A stretch of DNA of 15,094 nucleotides, taken from the NCBI GenBank assembly GCA_050331235.1, contig JBHJHA010000080.1:1-15094 (forward strand). The letters run 5' to 3'. A program made the position numbers and the translations under genes. Each line of letters begins with the position of its first letter. The first letter of the stretch is position 1. The notes beneath the pieces are model-generated. The model was not told where the DNA came from, searched no databases, and saw nothing but the letters and a program-made list of their open reading frames with translations. This DNA comes from Leptolyngbyaceae cyanobacterium (GTDB lineage Bacteria > Cyanobacteriota > Cyanobacteriia > Phormidesmidales > Phormidesmidaceae). Positions 1-8,826 of this stretch are shown here, in pieces.

Positions 1-99
1 GCTGGGGCCGTTTTTGTCGCTGCAATCACCGCTTTTCTAGTCGGCCATTGCCTACTGATTCCCCCTTTGTACGTAGCTCTTCAGCCTTTTCTCGCTTGA
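1..99 (+). CDS. dgkA: Diacylglycerol kinase family protein, C-terminal fragment (5' end outside the window)
   Basis: Frame 1 reads [32 protein letters not shown] (TGA at 97-99). This resembles the DgkA C-terminal 'AAGAV...LLPP' transmembrane helix. dgkA commonly precedes trpG in cyanobacteria. Not in the ORF track. Confidence 0.75.
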   Translation, partial: AGAVFVAAITAFLVGHCLLIPPLYVALQPFLA

Positions 100-115
100 T
101 AGTATCTTTCTTGCC

Positions 116-724
116 ATGATTGTTGTTATCGATAACTACGACAGCTTTACTTACAACCTAGTTCAGTATCTCGGTGAACTTGGTCAAACTTTTCCTGTGG
201 CTCAAGATATCCGCGTTTTTCGCAATGATGAAGTCACGGTCGATGATCTGGCCGAGCTGGCCCCGGATGGCGTGGTGATTTCCCCTGGTCCTGGACGCCC
301 AGACGAAGCTGGTATTTCCCTAGAGTTAATTGAGCGGTTGGGGCCGCATTTGCCCATTCTCGGGGTGTGTTTGGGGCATCAGAGCATTGGTCAGGTGTTT
401 GGCGGCAAAGTGACCGCAGCGGCGGAGCTGATGCATGGTAAGACATCTCCTATTCATCACACGGATACAGGAGTGTTTGCTGGGCTCGATAATCCGTTTA
501 CCGCAACCCGTTACCATAGCCTGATTGTTGAGAAAGCGACTTGTCCAGACGTGCTAGAGGTAACGGCTTGGGTCGAGGATGGGGCCATTATGGGGGTGCG
601 CCATCGTCAATATCCCCACATTCAGGGAGTACAGTTTCATCCCGAGAGTGTGCTAACAGACTCTGGTAAGGGACTGCTGGCAAACTTCCTGAAAGCGTTG
701 CAGACCCAAACAGTAGCCGCTTAG
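116..724 (+). CDS. trpG: Anthranilate / aminodeoxychorismate synthase component II (class I glutamine amidotransferase, TrpG/PabA)
   Basis: [12 protein letters not shown]-terminus, SPGPG, GVCLGHQ nucleophile elbow, RYHSL and GVQFHPES catalytic His-Glu. Confidence 0.96.
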   Translation: MIVVIDNYDSFTYNLVQYLGELGQTFPVAQDIRVFRNDEVTVDDLAELAPDGVVISPGPGRPDEAGISLELIERLGPHLPILGVCLGHQSIGQVFGGKVTAAAELMHGKTSPIHHTDTGVFAGLDNPFTATRYHSLIVEKATCPDVLEVTAWVEDGAIMGVRHRQYPHIQGVQFHPESVLTDSGKGLLANFLKALQTQTVAA

Positions 725-763
725 GAATTCATCAGGTAGCAATCAATAAACGGGTAGGACAGT

Positions 764-1036
764 ATGTGCTTGCGGGTCTGTCCGTTGAGTCGAGCGTCCG
801 CGATCGCGATCATCAACTGGCGCTACTATTTACCTTATGACTACAACAACCTGGCGGCTAGCGAAACCCAGACCATCATTACTGATCTGCTCAATGGCGA
901 TAACGACATACGGCCTACGAGCTATTGTAAATCCACATTTCATCAGCAGGCTCAACGGGTGTGGGGCCCGCTGGGATTTTGCTCCGTTCAGCGGTTTAGT
1001 AAACCTAGCAGTGGGGAAAGATTGTGATCATGGTGA
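764..1036 (+). pseudogene. Degenerate GNAT (RimJ/RimL-like) N-acetyltransferase remnant with an internal deletion and a 3' frameshift
   Basis: The 87-aa ORF (764-1027) has GNAT-like ends, 'IINWRYYLPYDYNNL' (cf. WRYxxPYDxYN) and 'FHQQAQRVWGPLGF' (cf. FNxRAxRVWxxLGF), but lacks the central acetyl-CoA-binding GxGxG segment. Adding one T at about 1022-1023 would restore a typical 'ERFVIMV' C-terminus. AGGA lies upstream of the ATG. Confidence 0.6.
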
Positions 1037-1074
1037 CTGTGGCAACCGCCGCAAATCGCAGCGGCATGATGGTG

Positions 1075-1971
1075 TCAGGCGAAAGTCAGCAGCAGCCACA
1101 AGATACTAGGCAGAGTGATAAAGCTCAGTAGCGTGGATAGCACGATCGCCCGTGCCACGAGGTCTGCATCGCCGCCAAACTCCGTCACCCAGATAAAAGT
1201 GTTGACCGCTGTAGGCATGGCTCCCTGTAGCACGAGCACCTGTCGATCCTGTCCACTCAAACCGATTACCGTTGCCACGGCAAGGGCGATCGCCGGTGCC
1301 ATTACTAACCGCAACCCGGCCGCTACTAAGACCGTGCGATCAAGATAAAAATTCGTTTGGGCGAGCTGCATACCCAGCGTCACCAACGCTACGGGGATCG
1401 CCGCCCCGCCTAACAGAGCTAGCCCATCTCCCAATCTCAAGGGCAATGCGATCGCCAGCGCCTGAAGTAATAGGCCAAACACCATTGCCCAAAATACTGG
1501 GAGCCGCAGCGTGGTTTTCAGCCCTGTGGTCAATCCTTGCCCCTTGAGCAGAGTGGGACCAACCGTGGTGAGCAAGATACTGCTGCTGACCAAATAAACG
1601 ATGGCTCGTTCTAGCCCACTTTCCCCCAAGGCAAACGTAATAAAAGGTAGCCCCAAATTACCCGTGTTGGCAAATAGCGCGGTGGCAATGAGGGTTTTTT
1701 GGCGTAGAGAGTCAAGGTTTGCTCCGCGACACAGGCTATAGACCAGCAAGTACAGCAGCACTGACGCGACAAAATACCCGAATACAATCAGTAGGGCGCG
1801 GTTGACCGCCAAGGTCATCGTGTACAGGCTGGTGGTAATCAGCGCTGGTAAGAGAACATACAGACTCAGCCGGGATAGGGTGCGCCGGTCTAAGGCTAGG
1901 GTCTGCCCAGCAATAAACCCGATCAACACAATCAAAGCGACCGGGGCGATCGCCGGCAATAAAACAGCCAT
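1075..1971 (-). CDS. AEC (auxin efflux carrier / malate permease) family transporter
   Basis: 298 aa, multi-pass hydrophobic. Motifs YVLLPALI, NTGNLGLP, PVALVTLGMQL, MPTAVN and STLLSFITLP are typical of AEC/Mem_trans proteins. Confidence 0.92.
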   Translation of the reverse strand: MAVLLPAIAPVALIVLIGFIAGQTLALDRRTLSRLSLYVLLPALITTSLYTMTLAVNRALLIVFGYFVASVLLYLLVYSLCRGANLDSLRQKTLIATALFANTGNLGLPFITFALGESGLERAIVYLVSSSILLTTVGPTLLKGQGLTTGLKTTLRLPVFWAMVFGLLLQALAIALPLRLGDGLALLGGAAIPVALVTLGMQLAQTNFYLDRTVLVAAGLRLVMAPAIALAVATVIGLSGQDRQVLVLQGAMPTAVNTFIWVTEFGGDADLVARAIVLSTLLSFITLPSILWLLLTFA

Positions 1972-1988
1972 GGAAAAAGGTGTGGGGA

Positions 1989-2906
1989 TTAACTAGACGC
2001 GGACTCCTGGGGCGAGGGCCTGTTATCTAGACTGCGAAAATATGTGCCTCCTACCGTCCCTAAGAACAGCACATAAGCTAATGCCTGACCGGCAAAGAGC
2101 TGTTCGCGATAGCCCAGCAACGTTTTCAGCAAAATGCCTGGGAAACGCTTGTCTGGCAGGACATCATGGGCATCCCAGAGTTGCGGTCCGAGAATGCAGG
2201 AATCTTGTGAAATGCACAGATCGATATTGCCAGGATCGAGACTGCTAATAGCGAGAAAAGCCCCATCGAGGTTGCGGAAAAAGGAGATCACTAGCCCACC
2301 CACAATCAATAGGAGTAGGACGCCCATCACCTGAAAGAAGATACGCAGGTTGATGCGGATCCCCCATCTAAACAGCGCTAGGCCAATCAGGATTGCCCCC
2401 AGCAATCCACCAATCGCTCCCAACCCGGCGATGTCGCTCTGCTGCACACGGGTAAAAATAAACAGAACCGTCTCAATGCCCTCGCGCAGCACTGCAATAC
2501 ACACCAGGCTGAAAATTGTGATGCCTGCGGCATCACTCTCGGTCAGCGCCGCCGTGACCGAACCCTCGATATCACCTTTGAGCGATCGCGCTTGCCGCGT
2601 CATCCACAACAGCATCCAGCTCAACATAATGATGGCGATCGCGCAAAATAAGCTGTCAAATAAAGGTTCGATAATGGGCTCTAATGTCGGTAAAGCCTGC
2701 TCTACCCGAGCCACGCTATTGGAAATAATCACTCCGGTCAACACGCTGCCTAGCAGGCCAGCCAGAATGCCCAAGTAAACCCAGCGATTAAGCTGGCTTT
2801 GCTGGGCTTTATTGAGGCAGGCAAGCACAATACCGACCACGAGAGCCGCTTCGACCCCTTCGCGTAGAGTGACTAGAAAAGTTGAAAAAGCGGGAGCAAA
2901 GTCCAT
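1989..2906 (-). CDS. ftr1: FTR1/EfeU family iron permease
   Basis: Two REGxE iron-binding motifs (LREGVEAAL, LREGIETVL) and about 7 hydrophobic helices. The ATG at 2906 (MDFAPAFSTF) is preferred over the TTG at 2990. The stop is 17 nt before the AEC start. Confidence 0.92.
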   Translation of the reverse strand: MDFAPAFSTFLVTLREGVEAALVVGIVLACLNKAQQSQLNRWVYLGILAGLLGSVLTGVIISNSVARVEQALPTLEPIIEPLFDSLFCAIAIIMLSWMLLWMTRQARSLKGDIEGSVTAALTESDAAGITIFSLVCIAVLREGIETVLFIFTRVQQSDIAGLGAIGGLLGAILIGLALFRWGIRINLRIFFQVMGVLLLLIVGGLVISFFRNLDGAFLAISSLDPGNIDLCISQDSCILGPQLWDAHDVLPDKRFPGILLKTLLGYREQLFAGQALAYVLFLGTVGGTYFRSLDNRPSPQESASS

Positions 2907-3189
2907 GAGGTTTGACTGAAACAACGGTAGCGGCTGTGGGAATTGAGGTCGATCATGCAGGGAGTGCCCCTGACCTCGACCGGTGGTCAACTCGGTTGGT
3001 TCACTGAGCTTCAGACTTGTCTGAAGCGGGGGAGGCTAGCTTATCCCCTCAGATGCCCCCATGCCGACTGCAGGCAAAGCTTGAGCAGGCTAGCTCTAGC
3101 CTACTAGCCTGAGTAAACTCCATCTCAATCGCCTATATATGGGTGATTGTAAGGGGTTTTCGAGCTGACCGGGGGATTTAGACCGGTGA

Positions 3190-5226
3190 CTAACCCAGTC
3201 GCCAAACCCGCACTGTTTTATCGGCGCTGGCACTGGCAATCAACCGTCCAGTACGGTGAATGGCGATCGCGTTGATGACATGGCTGTGTCCCATTAGAGT
3301 GTGTAGCAGTTTCCCTGTGCGGGCATCCCAAATTTTTAGGGTGCGATCGCTGCTGCCGCTAACGATGGTGCGATTGTCAGGGGCGATCGCCACAGAATTC
3401 ACCTCTTTGTTATGTCCCTTAAGGGCATGAATAATGGAGCCCGTCCCCACACTCCATACAATTAAGGTCTTGTCTTTACTGGCGCTAACAACAAATAAAC
3501 CATCTTGGCTGACAGCCACGTCGTTGACTGGGCTGACATGGCCCGATAAAAACCGCGTCATCTCTCCAGTTTTGAGATCCCACAGCCGGACTTTGTTATC
3601 CAAGCCGCCGCTAAACAGGAAGGACTCGTCTGGTGTCATCGCCACGGCGCGCACGGCCGCAGGGGACCCCAATAGCGTCTTGAGGGCGGTCCCTTTGTCC
3701 ATCTTCCAAAGCTTAATGGTTTTATCTTTGCTGCCGCTGGCTAAGGTCCAGCCTTTGTGGCCAATGGTGACGCTGGTGACATCGCGGGCATGGCCCTCTA
3801 GGGTGTGGATGAGGCGGCGAGCTGACAAGTTCCATACTTTGACAGTCCCGTCATCACCACAGCTCACCAACACCTGACCCTTGGTGCTAATACGTAGATC
3901 GTTAACGCCACGGGGATGACCCTGAAGCGTCGTCATTTCCGCCCCGGTCTGCAAATCCCAAATTTTGATGGTGTCGTCGAGGCTGCCGCTGACCAAAGTG
4001 GCTGAGCGTGGATTAAAGGCCACTGCGGTCACCCAAGACTGATGGCCAGACAATACTCGCACACACTGCCAATCGCGGACGTTTGACATTGTCTCCGTTT
4101 CAGCTACCTCTGTAGCGGTTGTCGCCGTGGGCGCAGCGACGGTCGCCGCCGGCGGTGGGGGCTTTTGCACGGTGACAGAGACCGTCGCTTCGGGCATCAA
4201 GGGCGGCGGTGTGGTCCGGGGAATCTCGGCCTCAATGGTCGGTGTTACGACGGATACCGAGGCCGTTTCGCTCTGGTTCACGCTGCTAGAAGGATGCCGA
4301 CGGGTCCAACCAGGAACGCTGCCCCGGAGCGTCGGTAATGATTTGAGAGCCTCCAGGGTTGATTTTGCACTGGGAAAGCGATCGCCCACCGCATCTTGTA
4401 CCAGGCGATCTAGCACTGCTGTCAGCTCTGGACTAATCGAGCGCCCCTGTTGCGCCAGTATCTCTTGCCAGCGCCAGGCACCCGCCATGTGGTCATACAG
4501 GTTTTCTGGCTTGCGCCCAGTCAAGAGATGTAAACAGGTCGCTCCCAAACTATACAAATCGCTTGACTGAAAGGCCTGCCCTCCCCGCAGTTGCTCAATG
4601 GGGGCATAGCCCTCCGTGCCTATGCGGGTCCCAGCGGATTCTGTGAGGGCTTCACCAAAGTGTTTGGCAATGCCAAAGTCAATCAAAAACAGGCGCCGAT
4701 CCGTATCCCGTCGGATTAAGTTGGTCGGCGTAATGTCACGGTGAATGACGTTTTGCTGATGGATGAAATCCAAAACAGGTAAGCAGTCGAGCAGAAGATT
4801 GCGAACGCCAATTTCATCTAAGGGGCCATGCTCTAAAACTTCTTGAATGAGGTTTTTGCCATCAATGAACTGCTGTACCAAATACAAAAAATGGTCTTGT
4901 TCAAAATAGGCCAGCAGCGCGGGAATCTGTACGTGTTCACCCAAGTCGTGCAGTCTGACGGCCTCTTGGTTAAACAGCTCCACCGCTTTATTGAAAGCTT
5001 GGGTGCCCTTGGTCTGCGGCACAAACTGTTTGATAACACAGGGGGCATTTAGGCGATCGCTGTCCTGAGCCAGATAGGTGCGACCAAAGCCGCCGCGCCC
5101 AATTAACTTTTGAGGAATGTAGCGCCCTCGCAACATCGCCACCAGCGGTTGACCGCAACTCCGGCAGTCTTGGGCCGTGTCACGGTTGAGAGGATGAGGA
5201 CACTGGGGATTCAAACAGCAGATCAT
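3190..5226 (-). CDS. Hanks-type Ser/Thr protein kinase with an N-terminal 4-Cys prefix, a Pro/Thr-rich linker and a 7-repeat WD40 domain
   Basis: MICCLNPQC...CRSCG prefix; GRGGFG, VIKQ, HRDITPTN, DFG, GTEGYAP and SDLYSLG kinase motifs; seven WD40 repeats (GHQSWV, GHPRGV, GHARDV, GSPAAV, GHVSPV, GHNKEV, GHSHVI). Confidence 0.96.
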   Translation of the reverse strand: MICCLNPQCPHPLNRDTAQDCRSCGQPLVAMLRGRYIPQKLIGRGGFGRTYLAQDSDRLNAPCVIKQFVPQTKGTQAFNKAVELFNQEAVRLHDLGEHVQIPALLAYFEQDHFLYLVQQFIDGKNLIQEVLEHGPLDEIGVRNLLLDCLPVLDFIHQQNVIHRDITPTNLIRRDTDRRLFLIDFGIAKHFGEALTESAGTRIGTEGYAPIEQLRGGQAFQSSDLYSLGATCLHLLTGRKPENLYDHMAGAWRWQEILAQQGRSISPELTAVLDRLVQDAVGDRFPSAKSTLEALKSLPTLRGSVPGWTRRHPSSSVNQSETASVSVVTPTIEAEIPRTTPPPLMPEATVSVTVQKPPPPAATVAAPTATTATEVAETETMSNVRDWQCVRVLSGHQSWVTAVAFNPRSATLVSGSLDDTIKIWDLQTGAEMTTLQGHPRGVNDLRISTKGQVLVSCGDDGTVKVWNLSARRLIHTLEGHARDVTSVTIGHKGWTLASGSKDKTIKLWKMDKGTALKTLLGSPAAVRAVAMTPDESFLFSGGLDNKVRLWDLKTGEMTRFLSGHVSPVNDVAVSQDGLFVVSASKDKTLIVWSVGTGSIIHALKGHNKEVNSVAIAPDNRTIVSGSSDRTLKIWDARTGKLLHTLMGHSHVINAIAIHRTGRLIASASADKTVRVWRLG

Positions 5227-5691
5227 TCGGTAGCCCTGTCTGGTAAAACGCTGGCAAGCGCTAGAGTTCTATAGACCCAGCAGGGACTTTCATGGGCAAG
5301 CTCAGACAAGCATCGGAACTCCCCATGGTCAAGCGCGGTGCCATTGGTCAAAAGCCGTCGCTTCAGCGGCTCTCCTGCCTTAGGTTGCCCATTGTCTTCA
5401 TAAGATTGGCTGCCAGCATAAGGGAACTCAAACCTAAGCATAGTTCAGATTTTCCATTGCCGAAGCCCGCCCCAGTTCTTACTTGCTGTAGCTGTGACCG
5501 CTTCAGCGGTGCTTAGATACAGTCTATAACGGGCGACTTAGAGACTCGGGTGAGGTACGTCTGTTCGATTCCTCCCGGCTGGGAAAGCCGCGATCGCAGC
5601 AATTCTTTACATTTGTCCTTGGAAAAAGAAAACGGTCAAACCCCTGCGATATGGTAGTTATCACACCTTTTTTGGAGAGTTAATCCTGCCG

Positions 5692-6888
5692 ATGACGCTG
5701 GCCCAGCCTTCCCACCAAAAAGCCAAAGCCCTCCGCCCCGGAGCCCGCCGACCGGCGAAAGAGCTCTGTAGCGAGTGCGGGCTCTGTGACACCTACTACA
5801 TTCACTATGTCAAAGCGGCCTGCGCGTTTTTAAATCAGCAGTTTCCTCAGTTGGAAACCCAAACCCATGGTCGTGAGCGACAGCTCGAAGACACTACTGA
5901 GCAATACTTTGGTGTGCATCAAGACATGATGGCAGCGCGGAAACGGGAGCCCATCGAGGGGGCTCAGTGGACTGGGATTGTCAGCTCTATTGCGATCGCT
6001 ATGCTGACCCAAGGAAAGGTTGAAGGGGTTGTCTGTGTGCAAAATTCCGAGAGCGATCGCTTTCAGCCCCAGCCGGTGATTGCCACCACTCCAGAAGAAA
6101 TATTGGCAGCTCGGGTCAATAAGCCAACGCTGTCGCCCAACCTATCTGTGCTGGAGCAGGTCGAACAATCCGGCATGAAACGGCTACTGGTAATCGGGGT
6201 TGGCTGCCAGATTCAGGCGCTGCGAGCGGTTGAGGACAAGCTGGGCTTAGAAAAGCTGTACGTTTTGGGTACTCCCTGTGTGGATAACGTGACCCGCGCG
6301 GGACTGCAAAAGTTTTTAGAAACCACTAGCCGTTCGCCCGATACCGTTGTCCATTACGAGTTCAAGCAGGACTTTCGCGTTCATTTCAAACATGCGGATG
6401 GCTCGATTGAAAAAGTTCCCTTTTTTGGACTCAAGACAAATCAGCTCAAAGACGTGTTTGCCCCCTCTTGCATGAGCTGTTTTGACTATGTAAATGGCTT
6501 GGCCGATATTGTGGTGGGCTATATGGGGGCCCCTTATGGCTGGCAGTGGATTACCGTGCGCAACGATCGCGGTCAAGAAATGCTCGACCTCGTCATGGAG
6601 CAGCTAGAAACGCAGCCGGTCATGTCAAAGGGCGATCGCCATGCCGCTGTGCAGCAGAGTATTCCTGCCTATGACAAGGGCGTCACTTTGCCAATGTGGG
6701 CGGCTCAGCTCATGGGCGTTGTAATTGAGCGAGTGGGTCCCAAGGGATTGGAGTATGCCCGGTTCTCCATCGATTCCCATTTCACCCGCAACTATCTGTA
6801 TGTCAAGCGACACCATCCGGAGAAGCTAGAAGACCACGTACCCGAGTTTGCTAAGCGAATTGTCGACCAGTACAAACTGCCAGATTAA
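5692..6888 (+). CDS. bciB: Ferredoxin-dependent 3,8-divinyl (proto)chlorophyllide a 8-vinyl reductase (FrhB-like / HCAR family, Slr1923-type)
   Basis: PAKELCSECGLCDT Fe-S motif, GAQWTGIV, GVGCQ, GTPCVDN, SCMSCFDY and GLEYARFSIDSH match cyanobacterial BciB/CvrA. GGAG lies upstream of the start. Confidence 0.9.
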   Translation: MTLAQPSHQKAKALRPGARRPAKELCSECGLCDTYYIHYVKAACAFLNQQFPQLETQTHGRERQLEDTTEQYFGVHQDMMAARKREPIEGAQWTGIVSSIAIAMLTQGKVEGVVCVQNSESDRFQPQPVIATTPEEILAARVNKPTLSPNLSVLEQVEQSGMKRLLVIGVGCQIQALRAVEDKLGLEKLYVLGTPCVDNVTRAGLQKFLETTSRSPDTVVHYEFKQDFRVHFKHADGSIEKVPFFGLKTNQLKDVFAPSCMSCFDYVNGLADIVVGYMGAPYGWQWITVRNDRGQEMLDLVMEQLETQPVMSKGDRHAAVQQSIPAYDKGVTLPMWAAQLMGVVIERVGPKGLEYARFSIDSHFTRNYLYVKRHHPEKLEDHVPEFAKRIVDQYKLPD

Positions 6889-6925
6889 CCCTACATCGCG
6901 TCCGTTGAGTTGGCGGGGCTCGGGG

Positions 6926-7585
6926 TTAGCCTTTGGGCGATCGCCGACTGAGCAGCACGGGTACGATTGATAGGACGGCTAGGAACCCTAATGCCATCGT
7001 CAGCGGCCACAGCCCCTTCCCTTGCATCGCCTCAACCCCAGCCAGGCCAATCCACGTGTAGGCAACGGTGCCCGGCGCAATCCCCACCAGCGTGCCTGTA
7101 AAGAAGGCCGTGACCGGTACTGATGTCAGGCCAAACAAAAAATTAACCAGATTAAAAGGCGAGAGGGGCGCAAACCGCACGGCCAACACACAGTTGAAAG
7201 AATGGGTATCCATCACAGCATCGATAGAGCGATACAGCCGATGGTGGGCAAACCGGCGGCGAAACCAATCCTTGAGCAAATAGCGCGCTACCCAAAAGGC
7301 CGCTGTAGCACCCAATGTTGCGCCAATGAGTGACCACAGCGAGCCCCACCACAGCCCAAATTGCGCTCCCCCCAGTAGCACTAGCAGAGTCGCTGGCACG
7401 CCAACCATAGTTGCCAAAATATGGGCCGTGACAAACACGGGAGCTGTCCAGGGGCCGAGCGCATCCAGGGTCTCTGTCAACGCTTGAGGGTTGGACAATA
7501 GCGAGATGTGGCGTAGGCAAAACGCCAAAATCATTCCCAAGAATATCAGCAGCCAAAAATTGCCCTTACGAAACACTGTGGTCAT
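6926..7585 (-). CDS. TVP38/TMEM64 (DedA/SNARE-associated, VTT domain) membrane protein
   Basis: GATLGATAAFWVARY, RFAPLSPFNLVNFLFGLT and GIAPGT motifs. Confidence 0.92.
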   Translation of the reverse strand: MTTVFRKGNFWLLIFLGMILAFCLRHISLLSNPQALTETLDALGPWTAPVFVTAHILATMVGVPATLLVLLGGAQFGLWWGSLWSLIGATLGATAAFWVARYLLKDWFRRRFAHHRLYRSIDAVMDTHSFNCVLAVRFAPLSPFNLVNFLFGLTSVPVTAFFTGTLVGIAPGTVAYTWIGLAGVEAMQGKGLWPLTMALGFLAVLSIVPVLLSRRSPKG

Positions 7586-7907
7586 GACTTATCGACAAAA
7601 TCCTGGGTTTTAGCAACGACGTCATCACCGAGACTGATGAAGATATGAGAACCCGATAGCCTCAGCACAGCAATATATTAGGAGAGCTGTATTCCTCATC
7701 TTTTTGAGTGATCATCGATCAGGCGGCTAGGATGCTCCTACCATTCCGACCCTTGGCTTGACCTAACTTGCACTGTCCATAGCCCACCGAAGAGGTCAAA
7801 CAACTTGGAGTTAACAAGGTCTTTCAGCCTTAACCTCAGCTGCCAAATTGCTCGATTAAACAGTTCGTCTCCTGGTAGGGACTGGGTGGATCACTAGGCT
7901 GAATAAC

Positions 7908-8717
7908 TCAGGTCGAAACGGTCTCGCCATTTTCGTCTTTGACGGTAGGTACCGACTCCCGAAGTGCTTTGCGGGCAATACGAGTGATATAGAAGGTAAT
8001 TGCGACGATTGTTATAAAGGCGAGGATATAAATGGTCCACTGGATGACCGGATTACTGGGGGTCTCACCAGCTCCCAACGTGGCCAAATCACCTGCTAGA
8101 GAGCCTAAGTAGACATACATAATAGTACCGGGAATAATGCCCGTGGTACCCAGAATGTAGTCCTTGAGAGAAATTTTGGTGAGGCCCAGGGCATAGTTCA
8201 ATAAATTGAAGGGGAAGGCCGGAGAGAGGCGAATGAGGAAAATAATTTTGCGGCCCTCGTGGGCGATCGCCTCATCAATCGCTTTGAACTTTTCATTGCC
8301 GGCAATTTTGCGCCCAACCCAGTCACGAGCGACATAGCGCCCGACCAAAAAGGCCGCCGTCGCGCCCAACATGGCTCCGATGAAGACGTAGAGTGAGCCC
8401 TTAACTACGCCAAATACAACCCCGGCTCCCAACGTCACGACCGATGCCGGGACAAATGCCACCGTCACAATGACGTAGAGCACAATGAACACAACTGGCG
8501 CAATCAGGCCCAGACTATCGATCCAGGCCAGGGCTTCCACTAAGCGATCCTGCAGTTGACCAATGAATCCGGGACCCGCTTCACTCGCGGCCTCTTGGGC
8601 CAACACCGGTAACCTAGAAAATAGGGCGATCGCCAACATCGTGAATCCGCTCAAACGAAACCAACGGTAAGACCGTCGCTTCCAGCTTAAGGGAATATGG
8701 GTGAGTGGAGAGTTCAT
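7908..8717 (-). CDS. TVP38/TMEM64 (DedA/VTT domain) membrane protein with an N-terminal signal-like extension
   Basis: GAMLGATAAFLVGRY, RLSPAFPFNLLNYALGLT and IIPGT motifs. The ATG at 8717 has a GAAGGAG Shine-Dalgarno sequence 6 nt upstream, so it is preferred to the TTG at 8732. Confidence 0.92.
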   Translation of the reverse strand: MNSPLTHIPLSWKRRSYRWFRLSGFTMLAIALFSRLPVLAQEAASEAGPGFIGQLQDRLVEALAWIDSLGLIAPVVFIVLYVIVTVAFVPASVVTLGAGVVFGVVKGSLYVFIGAMLGATAAFLVGRYVARDWVGRKIAGNEKFKAIDEAIAHEGRKIIFLIRLSPAFPFNLLNYALGLTKISLKDYILGTTGIIPGTIMYVYLGSLAGDLATLGAGETPSNPVIQWTIYILAFITIVAITFYITRIARKALRESVPTVKDENGETVST

Positions 8718-8787
8718 TCGGTGCTCCTTCAAAACGACAGTGGTTGGACAGCAGGCAGTCTTTCGAGCAGATGGTCTTGCGAACGAT

Positions 8788-8815
8788 GGGGCCGGAGTCT
8801 CACAGACGCGGCCCC
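8788..8815. other. GC-rich intergenic stem-loop between arsS and the first TVP38 gene (possible mRNA-stabilising or partial termination element)
   Basis: GGGGCCG (8788-8794) pairs with CGGCCCC (8809-8815), with an inner GTCT/AGAC stem. There is no clear U-tract on the - strand. Confidence 0.5.
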
Positions 8816-8826
8816 TGGAAACTCAA

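Noticed and set aside
2907..2990. N-terminal extension of FTR1 from the TTG at 2990
   Set aside because: The extension does not resemble FTR1. The family-typical N-terminus begins at ATG 2906.
3190..4080. Periodic sequence similarity that might suggest a CRISPR or DNA repeat array
   Set aside because: The periodicity is explained by the WD40 protein repeats. There are no identical repeats with unique spacers.
3434..4570. 147-aa + strand ORFs at 3434-3877 and 4127-4570, and other short ORFs overlapping the main genes (e.g. 2350-2778, 7152-7556, 9988-10329, 12693-12992)
   Set aside because: These are antisense or alternate-frame shadows of well-supported genes, with no recognisable motifs.
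5223..5516. Short ORFs 5223-5441 (-) and 5292-5516 (+) in the divergent intergenic region
   Set aside because: They overlap each other, show no family resemblance and have no convincing ribosome-binding site.
5563..5572. GTTCGATTCC, a tRNA T-loop-like sequence
   Set aside because: The flanks do not form a T-stem, and no cloverleaf or acceptor stem can be built.
7810..7836. Pho-box-like CTTAACCT between the TVP38 genes
   Set aside because: There is only one good half-site and no 11-bp-period tandem array as required for SphR boxes.
8718..8822. Open in-frame stretch with a Cys-Cys pair (TACCP) upstream of the TVP38 gene
   Set aside because: There is no start codon upstream of the Cys pair (stop at 8823-8825), and a strong Shine-Dalgarno sequence supports ATG 8717.
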